A stretch of DNA of 62,960 nucleotides, counting the filler, from Octopus bimaculoides (taxonomy: Eukaryota), in assembly GCF_001194135.2 (NCBI RefSeq). It is 4 parts of 4 records of this genome, joined end to end, with 100 filler letters (N's around TTAATTAATTAA, not from the genome) between each part and the next. Parts side by side here need not be neighbours in the genome. Positions count along the whole stretch, not along the records: positions 61,804 to 62,960 come from NC_068989.1; 3 more parts are not named here. One strand, given 5' to 3'. The notes under the pieces were generated by a model that was not told where the DNA came from, searched no databases, and saw only the letters and a list, made by a program, of their open reading frames with translations. Position numbers and translations under genes: made by a program. Positions 62,796 to 62,960 of the stretch are shown piece after piece (within the stretch, counting starts at the first letter, position 1; the number at the start of each line of letters is the position of its first letter).

Positions 62796-62960
62796 CAGTG
62801 GCGCAGGTGGAGATGGTAGAGTGGTGCGATGTTTTCGGCCCACCCCGAGCGGCGCTTTTATGGCGAGGGACACTTTATGGTCTGCAGTATAAGGTGGGAG
62901 GGGGGGGGTGCAAAATGGAACGACAAAATCAAGGGCTACCCCGGGTGGCTCACACCACTG
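62796..62960. mobile_element. Possible hAT (Tip100-like) MITE
   Basis: Starts cagtggcgca and ends cacaccactg at the window edge; TSD cannot be checked. Confidence 0.4.

Overview
AT-rich, repeat-dominated eukaryotic genomic DNA with many N gaps and microsatellites. The SINE, Penelope, R4/Dong and Chapaev content points to an Octopus (coleoid cephalopod) scaffold; this is inference from repeat families. Two host coding features are supported, both on the minus strand: an intronless 300-aa class A orphan GPCR (29227-30129) and the terminal exon of an OATP/SLCO transporter (61011-61294), whose other exons lie beyond the window. Most of the rest is mobile DNA: two tRNA-derived SINE families (dozens of copies), a cluster of R4/Dong fragments at (TAA)n arrays (16.1-20.4 kb), RTE LINE remnants, Penelope-like fragments, internally deleted Tc1/mariner elements, a Chapaev3-like remnant and several MITE/foldback elements. 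Best leads: hammerhead-ribozyme motifs in Penelope-type termini (one with a complete catalytic core and the ACGU short-stem-III dimer signature), the structurally odd GPCR, a candidate spliced minus-strand transcript at 9.6-10.4 kb and a pre-miRNA-like hairpin at 59.0 kb. No CRISPR, rRNA or true tRNA genes were seen. Repeat boundaries were read by eye and are approximate.
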